Assembly (NCBI RefSeq): GCF_001194135.2
Contig: NC_068988.1
Location: 64,461,282 to 64,525,281, forward strand
DNA length: 64,000 bases
From: Octopus bimaculoides
Taxonomy: Eukaryota
Direction: 5' to 3'
A model generated the notes under the pieces. That model ran no database searches, was not told where the DNA came from, and saw nothing but the letters and a program-made list of their open reading frames with translations. Below, piece after piece: positions 1 through 12,914 of the stretch. Each line of letters opens with the position of its first letter. The first letter of the stretch is position 1. The position numbers and the translations under genes were made by a program.

Positions 1-60
<60 letters not shown>

Positions 61-341
61 TGTGCGTGTGTGTGTGTGCGTGTGTCTTTGTGTATGTCTT
101 TATCTCCCACCATCGCTTGACAACCGGTGCTGGTGCGTTTACATACCAGTAACTTAACAGTTCGGTAAAAGGAATCGATAGAATAAATAATATACTTTTA
201 AAAAAACAATACTGAGATCGATTCATTCGACTGTAAAACAATCTTCCAGGCGGTGCCCCAGCATGGCCGCAGTCTAATCACTAAAACAAGTAAAGGAAAA
301 TGAAAAGAAGTTTCTCTTACCATCACAATCCTACCCCCACA

Positions 342-375
<34 letters not shown>

Positions 376-909
376 TTGCGTGTAGTGAGTGCTACGCTCC
401 TTCTCTTGCATGTAACAGCTACAACCAACTGTATTGTTTACAAAAACTCTTTCCAAAAGCCTCTTCTTCCAGGAAATAAGAATCTCATTGCACTTTCGTT
501 CAGTGCTTGACAAGTGTGTCAGATTTTTTAGATATAAAACTCCTATCCTGTCACTGCCTCCCTCTAGTTCTCTGTCTCTCCTTTCTCCCTATCTCTCCCA
601 CCCCTTCACTATCTACTGTCTTTATTTTTTTTTTCCCCCCCTCGTTCTTCGGCTCTCTTTTTTTCTTTTCACCAATCTTTCTCTTTGCTGATGCTGCGAA
701 TGTACTGCAATGTTTCCTGTCTCTTAAACACGCTCGTCAGTTTAATGAATTCGTTTATCTGCCGTCTGTTAGATATTAAACTAAAAAATTTTGTTATTTG
801 GTACAAGCCACCTATCAAAATAAAAGAAAAATGATGTTTGTATACATACAGAGAGAACATTTAAGAATATACCAAATGGTGCAAACAGGGAAATATAACT
901 CAAAGCGTG

Positions 910-1090
910 TTTTTCGTCCGTCTTTTCTTTCTGAGTTCAAATACCGCCGAGATCGACTTTGCCTTCCATCTTTTCGAGGTCGATAAAATAAGCACCAGTT
1001 GTTACTGGAGTTGATGTAATCGACTTAACCCCTCCTTCGAGATTGCTGATTTTGTGCCAAAGTTTGAAACCAATAATAATAATAATAATA
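910..1090 (+). mobile_element. SINE family A, 5'-truncated copy with (AAT)n tail
   Basis: Contains GAGTTCAAATACCGCCGAGATCGACTTTGCCTTCCATC...GGTCGATAAAATAAG, the core shared by more than 10 copies in the window. Confidence 0.85.
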
Positions 1091-1093
1091 CCA

Positions 1094-1309
1094 ATCCTTT
1101 CTACTCTAGGCACAAGGTCCAAAATTTTGGGGGAGAGGGCCAGTCGATTAGATCGGCCGTAGTACGCAACTGTTACTTAATTTATCGACCACGAAAAGAT
1201 GAAAGGCAAAGTCGACCTCAGCGGAATTTGAACTCAGAACGTAAAGACAGACGAAATACTGCTAAGCATTTCGCCCAGTGTGCTAACGTTTCTGCCAGCT
1301 CGCCGCCTT
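1094..1309 (-). mobile_element. SINE family A, near full length (tRNA-like head)
   Basis: Reverse complement begins GGCGGCGAGCTGGCAGAAACGTTAGCAC (A-box-like) and contains GAGTTCAAATTCC (B-box-like), then the family core. Confidence 0.9.
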
Positions 1310-1355
1310 AATAATAACAATAATAATAACAATAATAATAATAATAATAATAATT

Positions 1356-1461
1356 GGCAAAAGTTACAGAGTGACTCAAGGATTATGAGTTTCGTCTATT
1401 GGCTCTTATCAATGCAAATACAAGAAACTCTAGATCCTTGAGTCACTCTGTAACCTCTGCC
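1356..1461. mobile_element. 106-bp MITE with 28-38-bp terminal inverted repeats
   Basis: GGCAAAAGTTACAGAGTGACTCAAGGAT versus ATCCTTGAGTCACTCTGTAACCTCTGCC (2 mismatches); flanked by ATT on both sides. Confidence 0.7.
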
Positions 1462-1482
1462 ATTAATTAACTGATTAATTAA

Positions 1483-1959
1483 NNNNNNNNNNNNNNNNNN
1501 NNNNNNNNNNNNNNNNNNNNNNNNNNNNNNNNNNNNNNNNNNNNNNNNNNNNNNNNNNNNNNNNNNNNNNNNNNNNNNNNNNNNNNNNNNNNNNNNNNNN
1601 NNNNNNNNNNNNNNNNNNNNNNNNNNNNNNNNNNNNNNNNNNNNNNNNNNNNNNNNNNNNNNNNNNNNNNNNNNNNNNNNNNNNNNNNNNNNNNNNNNNN
1701 NNNNNNNNNNNNNNNNNNNNNNNNNNNNNNNNNNNNNNNNNNNNNNNNNNNNNNNNNNNNNNNNNNNNNNNNNNNNNNNNNNNNNNNNNNNNNNNNNNNN
1801 NNNNNNNNNNNNNNNNNNNNNNNNNNNNNNNNNNNNNNNNNNNNNNNNNNNNNNNNNNNNNNNNNNNNNNNNNNNNNNNNNNNNNNNNNNNNNNNNNNNN
1901 NNNNNNNNNNNNNNNNNNNNNNNNNNNNNNNNNNNNNNNNNNNNNNNNNNNNNNNNNNN
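1483..1959. other. Assembly gap (N run)
   Basis: Run of N. Other large gaps are at about 27235-27406, 28980-29905, 43902-44253, 55824-56046 and 58048-58504. Confidence 1.
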
Positions 1960-1995
1960 AAGAAGAAATCTGAGAAAATATGCAAAATTACTAGA

Positions 1996-2540
1996 GGGCG
2001 CAGGCAGGGCTGTATGGTTAAGAAGCTCGTTTTGCAGCCACGAGATGTCAGGTTCAATCTCACTGCACAGCTTCTTGGGCAAGTGTCTTTTATGCCTTGT
2101 GAGCGAATTTGGTAGACGGAAACTGCGTAGAAGCTGGTGGTGAGCTGGCAGAAACGTTAGCACGCCGGGCGAAATGCTTAGCGGTATTTCGTCTGCCGTT
2201 ACGTTCTGAGTTCAAATTCCGCCGAAGTTGACTTTGCCTTTCATTATTTCGGGGTCGATTAAATAAGTACCAGCTACGAACTGGGGTCGACATAATCGAC
2301 TTAATCCGTTTGTCCCCTCAGTGTGTAGCCCCTTGTGCACAATAAAGAAATAAGGAAACTGTGTAGAAGCCCGTAGTAGATATGTGTGAGTGTGTGTGTT
2401 TGTGTCTGCTCCTGGGCATAAGTGCTCGTAACTTAGCGATTCGGCAAAAGGGAGGATAGAATAAATTCTAAACTAAGAAAATAAGTATTGGGGTCGATTT
2501 TTGTTCGACCAAACCCTAATTAGCTGTGCCCTAGCATTGC
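1996..2540 (+). mobile_element. SINE family B host interrupted by a family A SINE (2135-2353)
   Basis: Family B body (TTGGGCAAGTGTCTT...TTGGTAGACGGAAACTG) is split by family A; 17-bp TSD GGAAACTG(C/T)GTAGAAGC at 2118-2134 and 2354-2370. Confidence 0.85.
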
Positions 2541-3278
2541 CTTTTCTGATAACTCGAGAAAAACACAAACATAAGGATTGAATACCTCCTGGAAAAAAAT
2601 AAATAAATAAATGGCTAGATGGATAGGTGTGTGTGTGTGAGAGAGAGAGAGAGTTGAATACCTTATTAAATGGAGAATGGAACTGTAAATTATGTCATAA
2701 GTAGCTCGAGATGTGTGAAGAATAAATGTGTTTGACTCAATGATATCGCGCTAAAAGTGATGGAGAGCAGTATTTGCAACGACAAAAAATGTTGAAATTG
2801 CTAGATATATTGCGTTACGTCCCATGACGTTATGCGCTCAGATGCCACCGAAATTGACGTCTTTGGTTTTTATCGTTAATCTTTATTTCCTTCACAAACT
2901 GTCTGCATTTCTCGACCCTCCTTCACACTCCAAAGCCATATTTTTCAGTGCTTATGTGAGAATCAGATGCATGGTATTGATAGGCCTCAGAAAAGATGAA
3001 ACGCATGTCGTTTTCATGAGTCACTGCAGCGACGTTATACCTATCACCCCGATATACATATATATGTACGACGGGTTTCTTTCGGTTTCCAAATCCACTC
3101 ACAAGGCTTTCGTGGGTCGAGGCTATAATAGAAGACACTTGCCCAAGGTGTCACGCAATGGAACTGAACCCAGAACCGTGTGGCTAGGAAGCAAACTACG
3201 AACATTTTATCTCTGATAGATAATTCCACAGTATTATGCCTTCTAACGGTGAATATACATTTATTATGATACACAGAT

Positions 3279-3312
<34 letters not shown>

Positions 3313-3322
3313 NNNNNNNNNN

Positions 3323-3358
<36 letters not shown>

Positions 3359-4119
3359 ATCATGTGTGATGAATATAATCCTTTGTGATCATTTCCAATA
3401 ATTTCATTATCTAAAGATGCAATATTCACGTGTATTTTAAGCTAAACAGATCAGAGTTATATTAATGACAAAACATTTGTGAAGCGAAACTTCAATTACT
3501 TCTTCATACAGCCCCCCTCACACACATTTTATTAACAGCTCATTTTTTTAAACCTATACAACTACCTTCATCCCTCATGCTTTTAACAATACTTTTTCCG
3601 GCAACACGTCGCATCGCAAGTGCAATTCAATTCAGTTCAATATTTGTGACAGTGGGGGAGAAGGTTTAATCTCCTGAAAGCTTAACCTTTAACTATTTCG
3701 TTTTCAATGTTTATGTATCAGCTGTCTAAAAATGTTCAATACTTAGAATTTTTATAATCAGATTTCTAAAGAAGCTGTGTATTTTATAGTCACACTATCA
3801 TTCCCTTAAACAGATAAGGGGCTTAAACAGTTAACAATTACCTGTCTAAAGATATCAGGTACTTAACATTCAAATGGTTTGCTTTTGAAAGCAGACTCGT
3901 ACTTGATTTTTTCGTTATCAAGTATAGAAAAAGATACAAAGTGTGATGTTCAAATTGTGTACATAAAACTATATTGTCTGTGTTGAATGAAACATAAAAG
4001 TACTGGGTATTAAACGGATCGGTTGAATAGCCAGAGTTGAAGACTATGTGTCCGGGTGTGACCTGATACTACTGGATATAAAACACTTTGTTATTGAGAA
4101 CCAATGAAAACCCCTCTCA

Positions 4120-4700
4120 TTCGTAGTTCCACTGTGCAGCGTTTTGGGCAAGTGTCTTCTACAATAGTCCCGGGCCGATTGATGCCTTGTGAGTGAATTT
4201 AGTAGACGGAAACTACGTGGAAGCGGCGAGCTAGCAGAAACGTTAGCACGTCGGGCGAAATGCTTAGCGGTACTTCGTCTGCCGCTACGTTCTCAGTTCA
4301 AATTCCGCCGAGGTCGACTTTGCCTTTCATCCTTTGGGAGTCGATTAAATAAGTACCAGTTACGCACTGGGGTCGATATAATCGACTTAATCCGTTTGTC
4401 TGTCCTTGTTTGTCCCCTCTGTGTGTAGCCCCTTGTGGGCAGTAAATAAATAGGAAACTACGTGGAAGCCCGTCGTATATTTGTGTGTGCGTGTCTTTGT
4501 CTTTGTTCCCCTCCCACTCGCTTGACAACTGGGGTTGGTGTGTTTACGTCCCTAACTTAGCAGTTTGGCTAAAGAGCCCGGCAGAATATGTACCAGACTT
4601 TAAAGCAAAATTAATACTAGAGACGATTTGTTCGAGTAAATCCTTCAATGCAGTACCCCAGCATGGTCACAGCCCAATGATTGAAACAAATAAAAGATAG
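4120..4700 (+). mobile_element. SINE family B host interrupted by a family A SINE (4225-4452)
   Basis: Perfect 17-bp TSD GGAAACTACGTGGAAGC at 4208-4224 and 4453-4469 around a family A copy. Confidence 0.85.
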
Positions 4701-5298
4701 ACAGATAGACAGATACATACATACACAGCCCGACAAACAGAACGTAGGATGAAATATCTTATTGGTTGTTAGGTCCACAAAGTGGTCGCATTATATATGA
4801 GTCTGCATCGTTGTTGGATAAATACGAATGTCAAATCTTCTACAAACTATAAACGACCATCTTGAAAAGGAAACGATACACTGGATTATCTAACTTGGAG
4901 TACAAAATGGCAGGAGAATTCTCAAAAAAAATGGAGGGATTGTTATGACTGAAGAGTCTTTGATCATAGTTATGATCGACCAAGATTAACCAGGGGTTGA
5001 ACAACAACAACAACAACAGCATCTTCTATGAACGATGTATCTTGAATACTGACCAAGCTTATAAAAAACAAATAGAGCGTAAATAAAATAGAGTTTAAAA
5101 AGAAATAAAAGGCGGAAAGCGACCTGTTCAATTTGAACCCGTCATCAACTGCTAACTTCATAGTCGGGATATCATTACGCTGGAGTAGTTTTTCTGACAT
5201 TGTCTGAGATCTTGTGTTGAAACAGTTCCACCATAAAAGTTATAAATAACTTTTGAAGACTGACAAATAGCAGCATCACAACCATAACATGTGTGTGT

Positions 5299-5790
5299 CA
5301 GTCGTTTGATTACGGCCATGCTGGGGTATCGCCTTGAAGGGTTTAGTGAGACGAATGGACACCAGTACCAGTACGCCCTTTTTTTTTCGTTTATCTAAGT
5401 CTAAAACTTATTCTATCGGTCTGTTTTTTGCCGTACCACTAAGTTACAGGGGACGTTAACAAACCAACACCGATTGTTAGGTGGTAGTGGGAGACCAACA
5501 CTAAGATAGAGAAAAACCAACGCAGACACACGCATAGCGGCGGTAAAGAATACGCACACCACCCGTTTTCGGTGTAACTTTAACCCTAAACACCGGGTGT
5601 GCGTATTCTTTACCTTCGCCTACACGCACGCGCACACACGATTGGCTTCTTTCAGTTTTCAGTTTCCGCCTACCAAATGCACTCACAAAGCTTTGGTCGA
5701 CCCGGGGCTATAGCAGATGACACTAAAGCGTCATGTTGGAGGATTGAACATCGAACCATGTGATTTGGAAGCAAACTTACCACATAGCCG
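5299..5790 (-). mobile_element. SINE family B copy containing a small MITE
   Basis: Reverse complement of the family B head and tail; inverted-repeat element at 5537-5620 lies within its (CA)n-rich middle. Confidence 0.75.
5537..5620. mobile_element. About 84-bp TA-flanked MITE
   Basis: Perfect 19-bp inverted repeat GGTAAAGAATACGCACACC (5542-5560 and 5596-5614), an inner CGGTGT/ACACCG stem, and TA at both ends. Confidence 0.65.
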
Positions 5791-5974
5791 TTGAAATTTT
5801 TTTTTAAATCGTTTCAAGATTGAGACACAATGTCAGCAATTTCGCAAGATCGCTTAAGTCGATTGCATGGACCCCAAGTGCTCAACTGGTACTTATTTTA
5901 TGGACCCCGAAAAAATGAAAAGCGAAATCAACTTCGGCGGAACTTGAACTAAGGACCTCTTTTAGGAGTATTAT

Positions 5975-6184
5975 TTCAAATTTTTGCCACAGGGGCAGCT
6001 TGGGGGAGGTGAGCATTTGTCGATTACATCGACCCCAGTGCTCAACTGGTACTTATTTTATCGACTTCGAAAGGATGATAGCAAAGTCGACCTCCGCGGA
6101 ATTTGAACTCAGAACGTAGCGACTGGCGAAATATCGCTAAGCATTTAGCCTGGCGTGTTAACGATTCTGCCAGCTCGCAGTCTT
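5975..6184 (-). mobile_element. SINE family A (a second partial copy lies at about 5830-5950)
   Basis: GTCGACCTCCGCGGAATTTGAACTCAGAACG...CTGCCAGCTCGC matches the reverse complement of the family consensus. Confidence 0.85.
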
Positions 6185-6570
6185 CTTCAAGGAGTATTAA
6201 GACACTGTATTCATTTAGATTTTTTTATGCGATAACATTGCATCCGATAATGCGTGAAATAATTTTATTTTAAGGTAGTTTAATATACTATAGAACGTCA
6301 AAATGTTTCGTACTAAAGTCACTGGTGTAAGCTAGTCAGCTTCATAATTCAACTCTATCGCAATTTGAAATGCGAAACTATGGTATGTATGTATATTAAA
6401 AAAGTGTTGTAATATTAAAAGTTTTCTGCTACGCGGATTAACATGGCAGACGAATGCACTGATTACTCTTCTAGACAAATTATCAGGTGAAACTTTTTTT
6501 TTTTTTTAATTATAGTTGTTATATTTTAGTTCTTTATCTGAACGTTTAATGTGTGACTGCCTTACTATAT

Positions 6571-6608
<38 letters not shown>

Positions 6609-6980
6609 TTTTATCTCGTATTTATTTCGTTCACATACATTCTGCATTGATATCTTGAATACATTTTCAACACAGACAGACATGGAGAACACAGGAAAAT
6701 TGGTTTCTTGTTTTGACGATAGTTCTTATATTGTTTCTGTTCAACTTAGTTGTAACTATCTTAAATATATAACGTCCGTCAGTTTTGGTTGTATTATGTA
6801 TCCTAATTTTCTCTATAACTCGTGCATAATACTCAATTTTTTTTCACAGGGCGTACTTAGTAATAGAGAATTATTTATTAAGGCAAAGTTGGTAAGTCAT
6901 TCGAGTAGCTCGTCAAATTTGCCGTTCTTGAGCATATAAGAGCAGAGAACTACCAGTAACAGAGAATTACTAACCTACAA

Positions 6981-7026
<46 letters not shown>

Positions 7027-10000
7027 TTATATTTATATATATATATATATATAAATTATACTCAGTATTAAAGGCAAATTCACTGCACTTACCGTGGAGA
7101 AAAAGTTCTCTCTTNNNNNNNNNNACTGCAGTGAATTTGCATTTTGAAGTATGTCACGAGCATATTTTAACTAACCTTAAGTTCGTATATATATATAGAT
7201 ATATATATATCTATATATATATATGTACACACACACGTGCCAATTCCTTACGCCCGTTTCGAGCGACTCCTTTAATTGATCAATAAAAGCATTACACAAA
7301 GAAAACCGTTCTTGTCAGATGACCGCATAGACTTTCAAGCATAAAGGACAAGTTAAATATCTAAACATATTCATATCATCAATAGAAAGCATATATTTAC
7401 AATGATTCCGCTGCTAAATATTTTGGTAGAATGAAAAAAGGACTGTACAGCGACAGGAAACTATAAAGTCAACTTATTCCGCTAAGTGGGATAACCTAAA
7501 GAAAACTCGTTTCCCTATGAGAAATTTGGAGATTCTTTCTCTACTTATTCTATTTTTATACCTAATAAACGTAGCCATATTGTAGAAAACCCTTCAGTGG
7601 CAAAAAAAAAATAATCAGTTCTTAATAGTCACTTACAAAAACACAAAATATATTACCTATAAATACACATTTATCATGCCGAAATCATATCGGAAATCTT
7701 ATTTTTACATGTAAAAATAAAATTAATATAATTAAGTTTTCTTTTATTTCATCTAAAATCTTTTTTCTTTTTTCTGCATTCTCTTATAAATATAACCCAC
7801 ATCCGTTAATGTAGAATGCTCTCCACCGGAAGTAATGGTTGAGCTTTTTTTTTTACGAATGGAATGCGCATTTGATATATATTTGCATACACACACAGAC
7901 AGACAGACAGAGGCTGCTTCTGTCAGTTTTAGTTATTTTATTTCTGCTTTTCAACACTATCGTTTACCCGAGAAATGCCAGATTATTTACTATTAATCTT
8001 AATTATCAGTCAAATGAAGATACCAAGTGTATAACATTTTAAGTTATCATTCACTTAAAGTATTTAGTTACTCAACAATAAACTGTTGCTGACGAAACTA
8101 TATTTATTTATTTATTTATTTATTTATTTATTAAATAAATAAATCCTGTAATCTGAGTAGATGTCCCCTCGTCATCTGTGGGAGAATTCAGTTTAGCTGG
8201 ACATAATCTGGCCTTAAAAAATTGGCGCTAAAAATTAACTCAGAAATTACAGATCTCTTTCAATTTAACACAAGTACATCCCGTTATACATAATGTCATA
8301 AGGATAATTCCGCTTGAAAAAACCTCGCCTCATGGAATTCTGGAGTTAATTTTAAGCTCAAGTTGGCGAGAAGCAGTTCAAGATAAATTTTGCTTTTAAG
8401 GAACAGTGAGTATAATCGGTCATCACTCGCCGAGTTATGACTGACTATGCTTATGGTGTGTTTTTGCTAAATGTTTTTAGGTGCCTATGTAATTTCAACT
8501 AGGCTCTTAGGGTTCATTTTTGGAGAAGGTTCGAGTAAAAGCATGAATTTTCGAAACCTTTAAATTATTCCTTTAAAGATCGAAGCACACCAGATACGTG
8601 GACGCGATTAAGCCTCAACGTTACCTTGGTGAGACTCAACGTCACTTTGAAGAATGCAGAGGGGCTGACGCGGGACCACCAGCAATAGGGTGGAGATGGT
8701 AGACCTGGTCAGCTCCACGCGCGATGACGCCTCTGAGACTGCTAACCTTGGGTGACCCCCCAGTCCCCTTGAGCAAGAATATGGAGAGAGAGTGCATACC
8801 TAAACAGACACTTACCTATTACTGAGAGCCAATTGTTTTTACAAAAATATGAGTAAATAAACTAAGTATAATCAACGTTTACTGAGAAGCGGGTCACACG
8901 AGCCATGGCTTAGACCAGGCATTGTGCACCACTAAAAATAAATTCGATGTATTTTTCGTTAGGAGTACCATTCAGAAAGTTCCACGGGCCGCAGTTTGCG
9001 CATGCCTGAAATAAACTATACTCGTAAGACTGCAGACTTGCGGAATAGCTATCAATATCTCATGGAACGGGCAAACAATATCAATATCTCATGGAACGGA
9101 CAAACAATTGGCTGATTGTTTAATAGTTTACTAATTCTTTGGTAAAAAAAGAAAAAAATTGGCTGCCGACAATGGATAAAGTACCTCTAAATACCACTTT
9201 TTATTTCAATTTTATTTCCAATTTTTATTTCGTTGGTGCTTTGAATTAGTTTACAATCCAGGTATTGAAATTATTATGTAGAGTTTAAAAATCACTGCAA
9301 GTTGTAGCAGATAAAATTGAAAACTCTACAGTACAAAGAATTAAACCATTCATGAAACGCGGAATACTTTACAAGGAAACCTCTTTGTCAGTGTTTTTTC
9401 AACTACTTTTTTGTTCTTATGAACCCCTTTGATCCCTATTTTATTCAAGTGAATAAAAAAATTGATCCCTATTTTATTCAAGTGGATCCTCCTAGCCATT
9501 CGAGGTTTAAAAAAAATCCTATTATATATTTAGAATTAAATATTAGGAATTGTATTAAAAAATTGTTAAAATATTTTGTGTTCTGTAGGAGTATAACCAA
9601 ATTATTGCAGATAATTTTTAACTACAAAATTTTATATGGACCCCGCCCAAGGGTCATCTGGACCCTAGTTGAGAACCTCTGAAAATAGCAACTAAAACGC
9701 TCGCTCAAATTGCACCCTAAATAAAAATAGAACGTCAGATAATGTAATCGTTGATACCCACTTAAAAAGTCGAGATGATCACAGCTGGAATACTTTTAAA
9801 CATAGGTTTACTCGATTAGAATTACGCTCTGAAGTTAAACAACAACAACGGGATATCTAGAGGTAATTTGAAACGATGTTCGTTAATTTCAACTAAAACA
9901 TAAGATATTATTTACCAGGATTTTCCTTTCTAAAGGTCACAAGTGGACCATACTGTTGAAACGAGTCGTAATATTAGAAGTATGATATTGATATCAAGAG

Positions 10001-10891
10001 AGAATTTTTTTTTATTTTTTGTTCTGTTCTTCTCCCAGTTAATGTATGTGGATGTTATCAGACAAACAGAATATTGTAAACTTCTTTCTTCTGGATATCT
10101 ATAACATAATGTGCCAGTTAAGCACCGAGTCGTTATAGTCGCCTATATTGCTTCCTTGAATGTGAGGTTACCTTGTGCTTATGTTATCTGATATTTATAT
10201 TGGGTAATGGTAATCTCATTTGTACTGGAACAATCTTCTATAAAATATCCGAGTCTTCCTTTCTGATCATTTTTGTCTGTCTCTGAGACACATCTTCCTC
10301 TCTGCCTGTCTCTGAACAACATCTTTGTCCCTCTTTGAGACTCGACTTTCTCTTTATCTCCAAGCTGCACCTCTCGGTCTGTCTGAGCCGCATAATTTTT
10401 GTGGTTCATCGTCTGCTCTTGAACCACGTCTCTCCCTCCTTCTTTGTCTTTCTCTCTATCTGTCAGTTTTTGAGTCATTTTCCTCGGTCTCTCTCTCTCT
10501 TTCTCTAAATCACGTCTCTCTTTGTATCATAGCCACATATGTCTGTCTATCTTTGAGCCACGACTTTCTCTGTTTCTTGTGTTGTCTTTAAATCGTGTTT
10601 CTGGTATATCACTGAGCCATCTCTCTCTCTCTCACACACATTTACATTTCTCGGTCTTATCAACATCTCTAAGCCTAGTTGAGCCAACTTCGTCTCTCTG
10701 TTTCTTGAGCCATGTCATTTCACCTATCAATCGATGACGAAGTTTCTGTCTCCAAATCTGCCACACGTGATATTCTAACAACACTAAAAATGCCCGCACC
10801 AACCCACCAGCTGACACTCAATAATAATAATAATAATAATGGTTTCAAAGTGTGGTAGAAAAATTACAAGACCATTGCTGTGATGCTAATG

Positions 10892-11043
10892 TTACTCTTT
10901 TACTCTTTTACTTATTTCAGTCATTTGACTGCAGCCATGCTGGAGCACCGCCTTTAGTCGAGCAAATCGACCCCAGGACTTATTCTTTGTGAGCCTAGCA
11001 CTTATTCTATCGGTCTCTTTTGTCGAACCGCTAAGTTACACAA

Positions 11044-11112
<69 letters not shown>

Positions 11113-11270
11113 CGACGGGCTTCTTTCAGTTTCCGACTACCAAATCCACTCACAAAGCTTTGGTCGGCCCGAGGCTATAGTAGAAGACACTTGCCCAAGG
11201 TGCCACGCAGTGAGACTGTACCCGGAACCATGTGGTTTATAAGCAAGCTTCTTACCACACAGCCACTCCT
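10892..11270 (-). mobile_element. SINE family B, near full length
   Basis: TTTCAGTCATTTGACTGCAGCCATGCTGGAGCACCGCC tail, central (CA)n(TA)n, and a head ending CTTACCACACAGCCACTCCT. Confidence 0.9.
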
Positions 11271-12580
11271 GAAAATGTTTTGCTTTCTTTGTTTTGTTTT
11301 TTTGGCGGGTTTTTTTTTACAGTACATCGACCCCCAAAGGATAAAAGGCAAAGTCGACTTCGGTGCAATTTGAACTCGGAGCGTAGAGACAGACGAAATC
11401 CCGAAACGCCGCTAAGCATTTTGTTAGGCGTATTACCGATTCTGCCATCCCTCTGCTTTATTGATAGCATTAATAATCTAGACTGATCTCGCACAGCTGG
11501 AATCATTTTGATTATAGGCCTGCTCCATCTATGCCGACCTTGGGTTAAACAAACGACTCCCTATTTCCTCATCACAACAACTAAAAGACCCCCTTACTAC
11601 CCTTTTAAACATCTCCTTCCCCCACAACCTCTACCTGCAGCGCGTGCGTATGTGTGCGTGTGCTCACGTGCGCGCACTCATCTTTATGTGAACATCCTTG
11701 TGTGTGTTCCTTGTGTATACAGAAACCCCCTACTTATAGTTAGTTCCATATAAATACCAGAGACGGGGGTAAGTAGAGACAGTCGTGGAAAAAGAGGGAG
11801 GAGAGAGATGGAGAGAGAGTGAGTCGCAGTGTGAGAGAGAAAATGCGAAACGTGTATTTTCCGCTGTTTTTTTTTTTTTCCTTTCGACTGTGACTCATCC
11901 ACCACGTAGCATCACCATGACAACAGCGAGTGCAACAACAATAACAGTAGCTGCATCACTACCACTACTAATACTACTACTACAACTAACAGTAGTAGTA
12001 ATAGTAGTAGTAGTAGTAGTTGTTGTTTACAATGATGATGAAAATATACGCAAGTGTGTCCATTTATACTGCTACATATGCGCCGTTTTCTACGCATACA
12101 CACGGATAGATAGATAGATAGATAGATAGATATGACAGGGTGTGCTCGCAGGTGCAATATATATATATTTATATATTTCTTTGTTTTTTGTATGTAGAGA
12201 GAGGCGTACAAATGCAAATATACATACAAATTTGTATGTGTTTGTGTTAGAGGGAGGAGTACGATTGTGAGTGTATGTATGTATAACAGAACAAAAAAAA
12301 TGCAATAAATCCCATACTATGTAGTTTGGGAATGCTTTGGCTGTCATTTCTAGCATGAGTATATGTGAATATGTGAATATTTATGCGTATGTATGTATGT
12401 ATGTTTGTCTAGACATGAAACCAATGGTAACTTTTTGATTGGCCATAACCAACGACTACATAAAATATATATTTGTCTATATACTGACTATATCTCTACA
12501 TATGTGATTATATATTTATTTATATGTATGTGTATTTTCGTACACGTATGCATGTGTATGTATACTGTATGTTTGCGCGC

Positions 12581-12629
<49 letters not shown>

Positions 12630-12914
12630 GACAAACATGCATGAACAATGTGTGTATTTTGTGCGCGTATGTATGTATGTTTGTTTATATATTGTGCTTA
12701 CATATGTACACGTATAAATATAAAACACTTTGTTATCTGTGAGTGATGCCCCAGCATGGTCGCTGTCTAATGACTGAAACAAGTAAAAAAAAATGGAAAT
12801 ATTAGCATGATAGAAAAAAAAAGACAGTAGAACGAGGGTCGGAACTTCGGATTATTTCCTTACATTATTAAGTGCGAAAGAATCATCCGTCATAGAAATA
12901 ATACTGGCGAATGT

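Noticed and set aside
6850-6891. 42-nt exon-like segment (TTTTCACAG ... TTG|GTAAGT; GVLSNRELFIKAKL)
   Set aside because: Good splice signals, but the 3' half resembles a decayed SINE A head and no partner exon or family was found; unresolved, not supported.
11749-11776. TATAAATA followed by a GG|GTAAGT donor
   Set aside because: The donor lies closer than the expected TSS distance (about 30 bp) from the TATA box, and such motifs are frequent by chance in AT-rich DNA.
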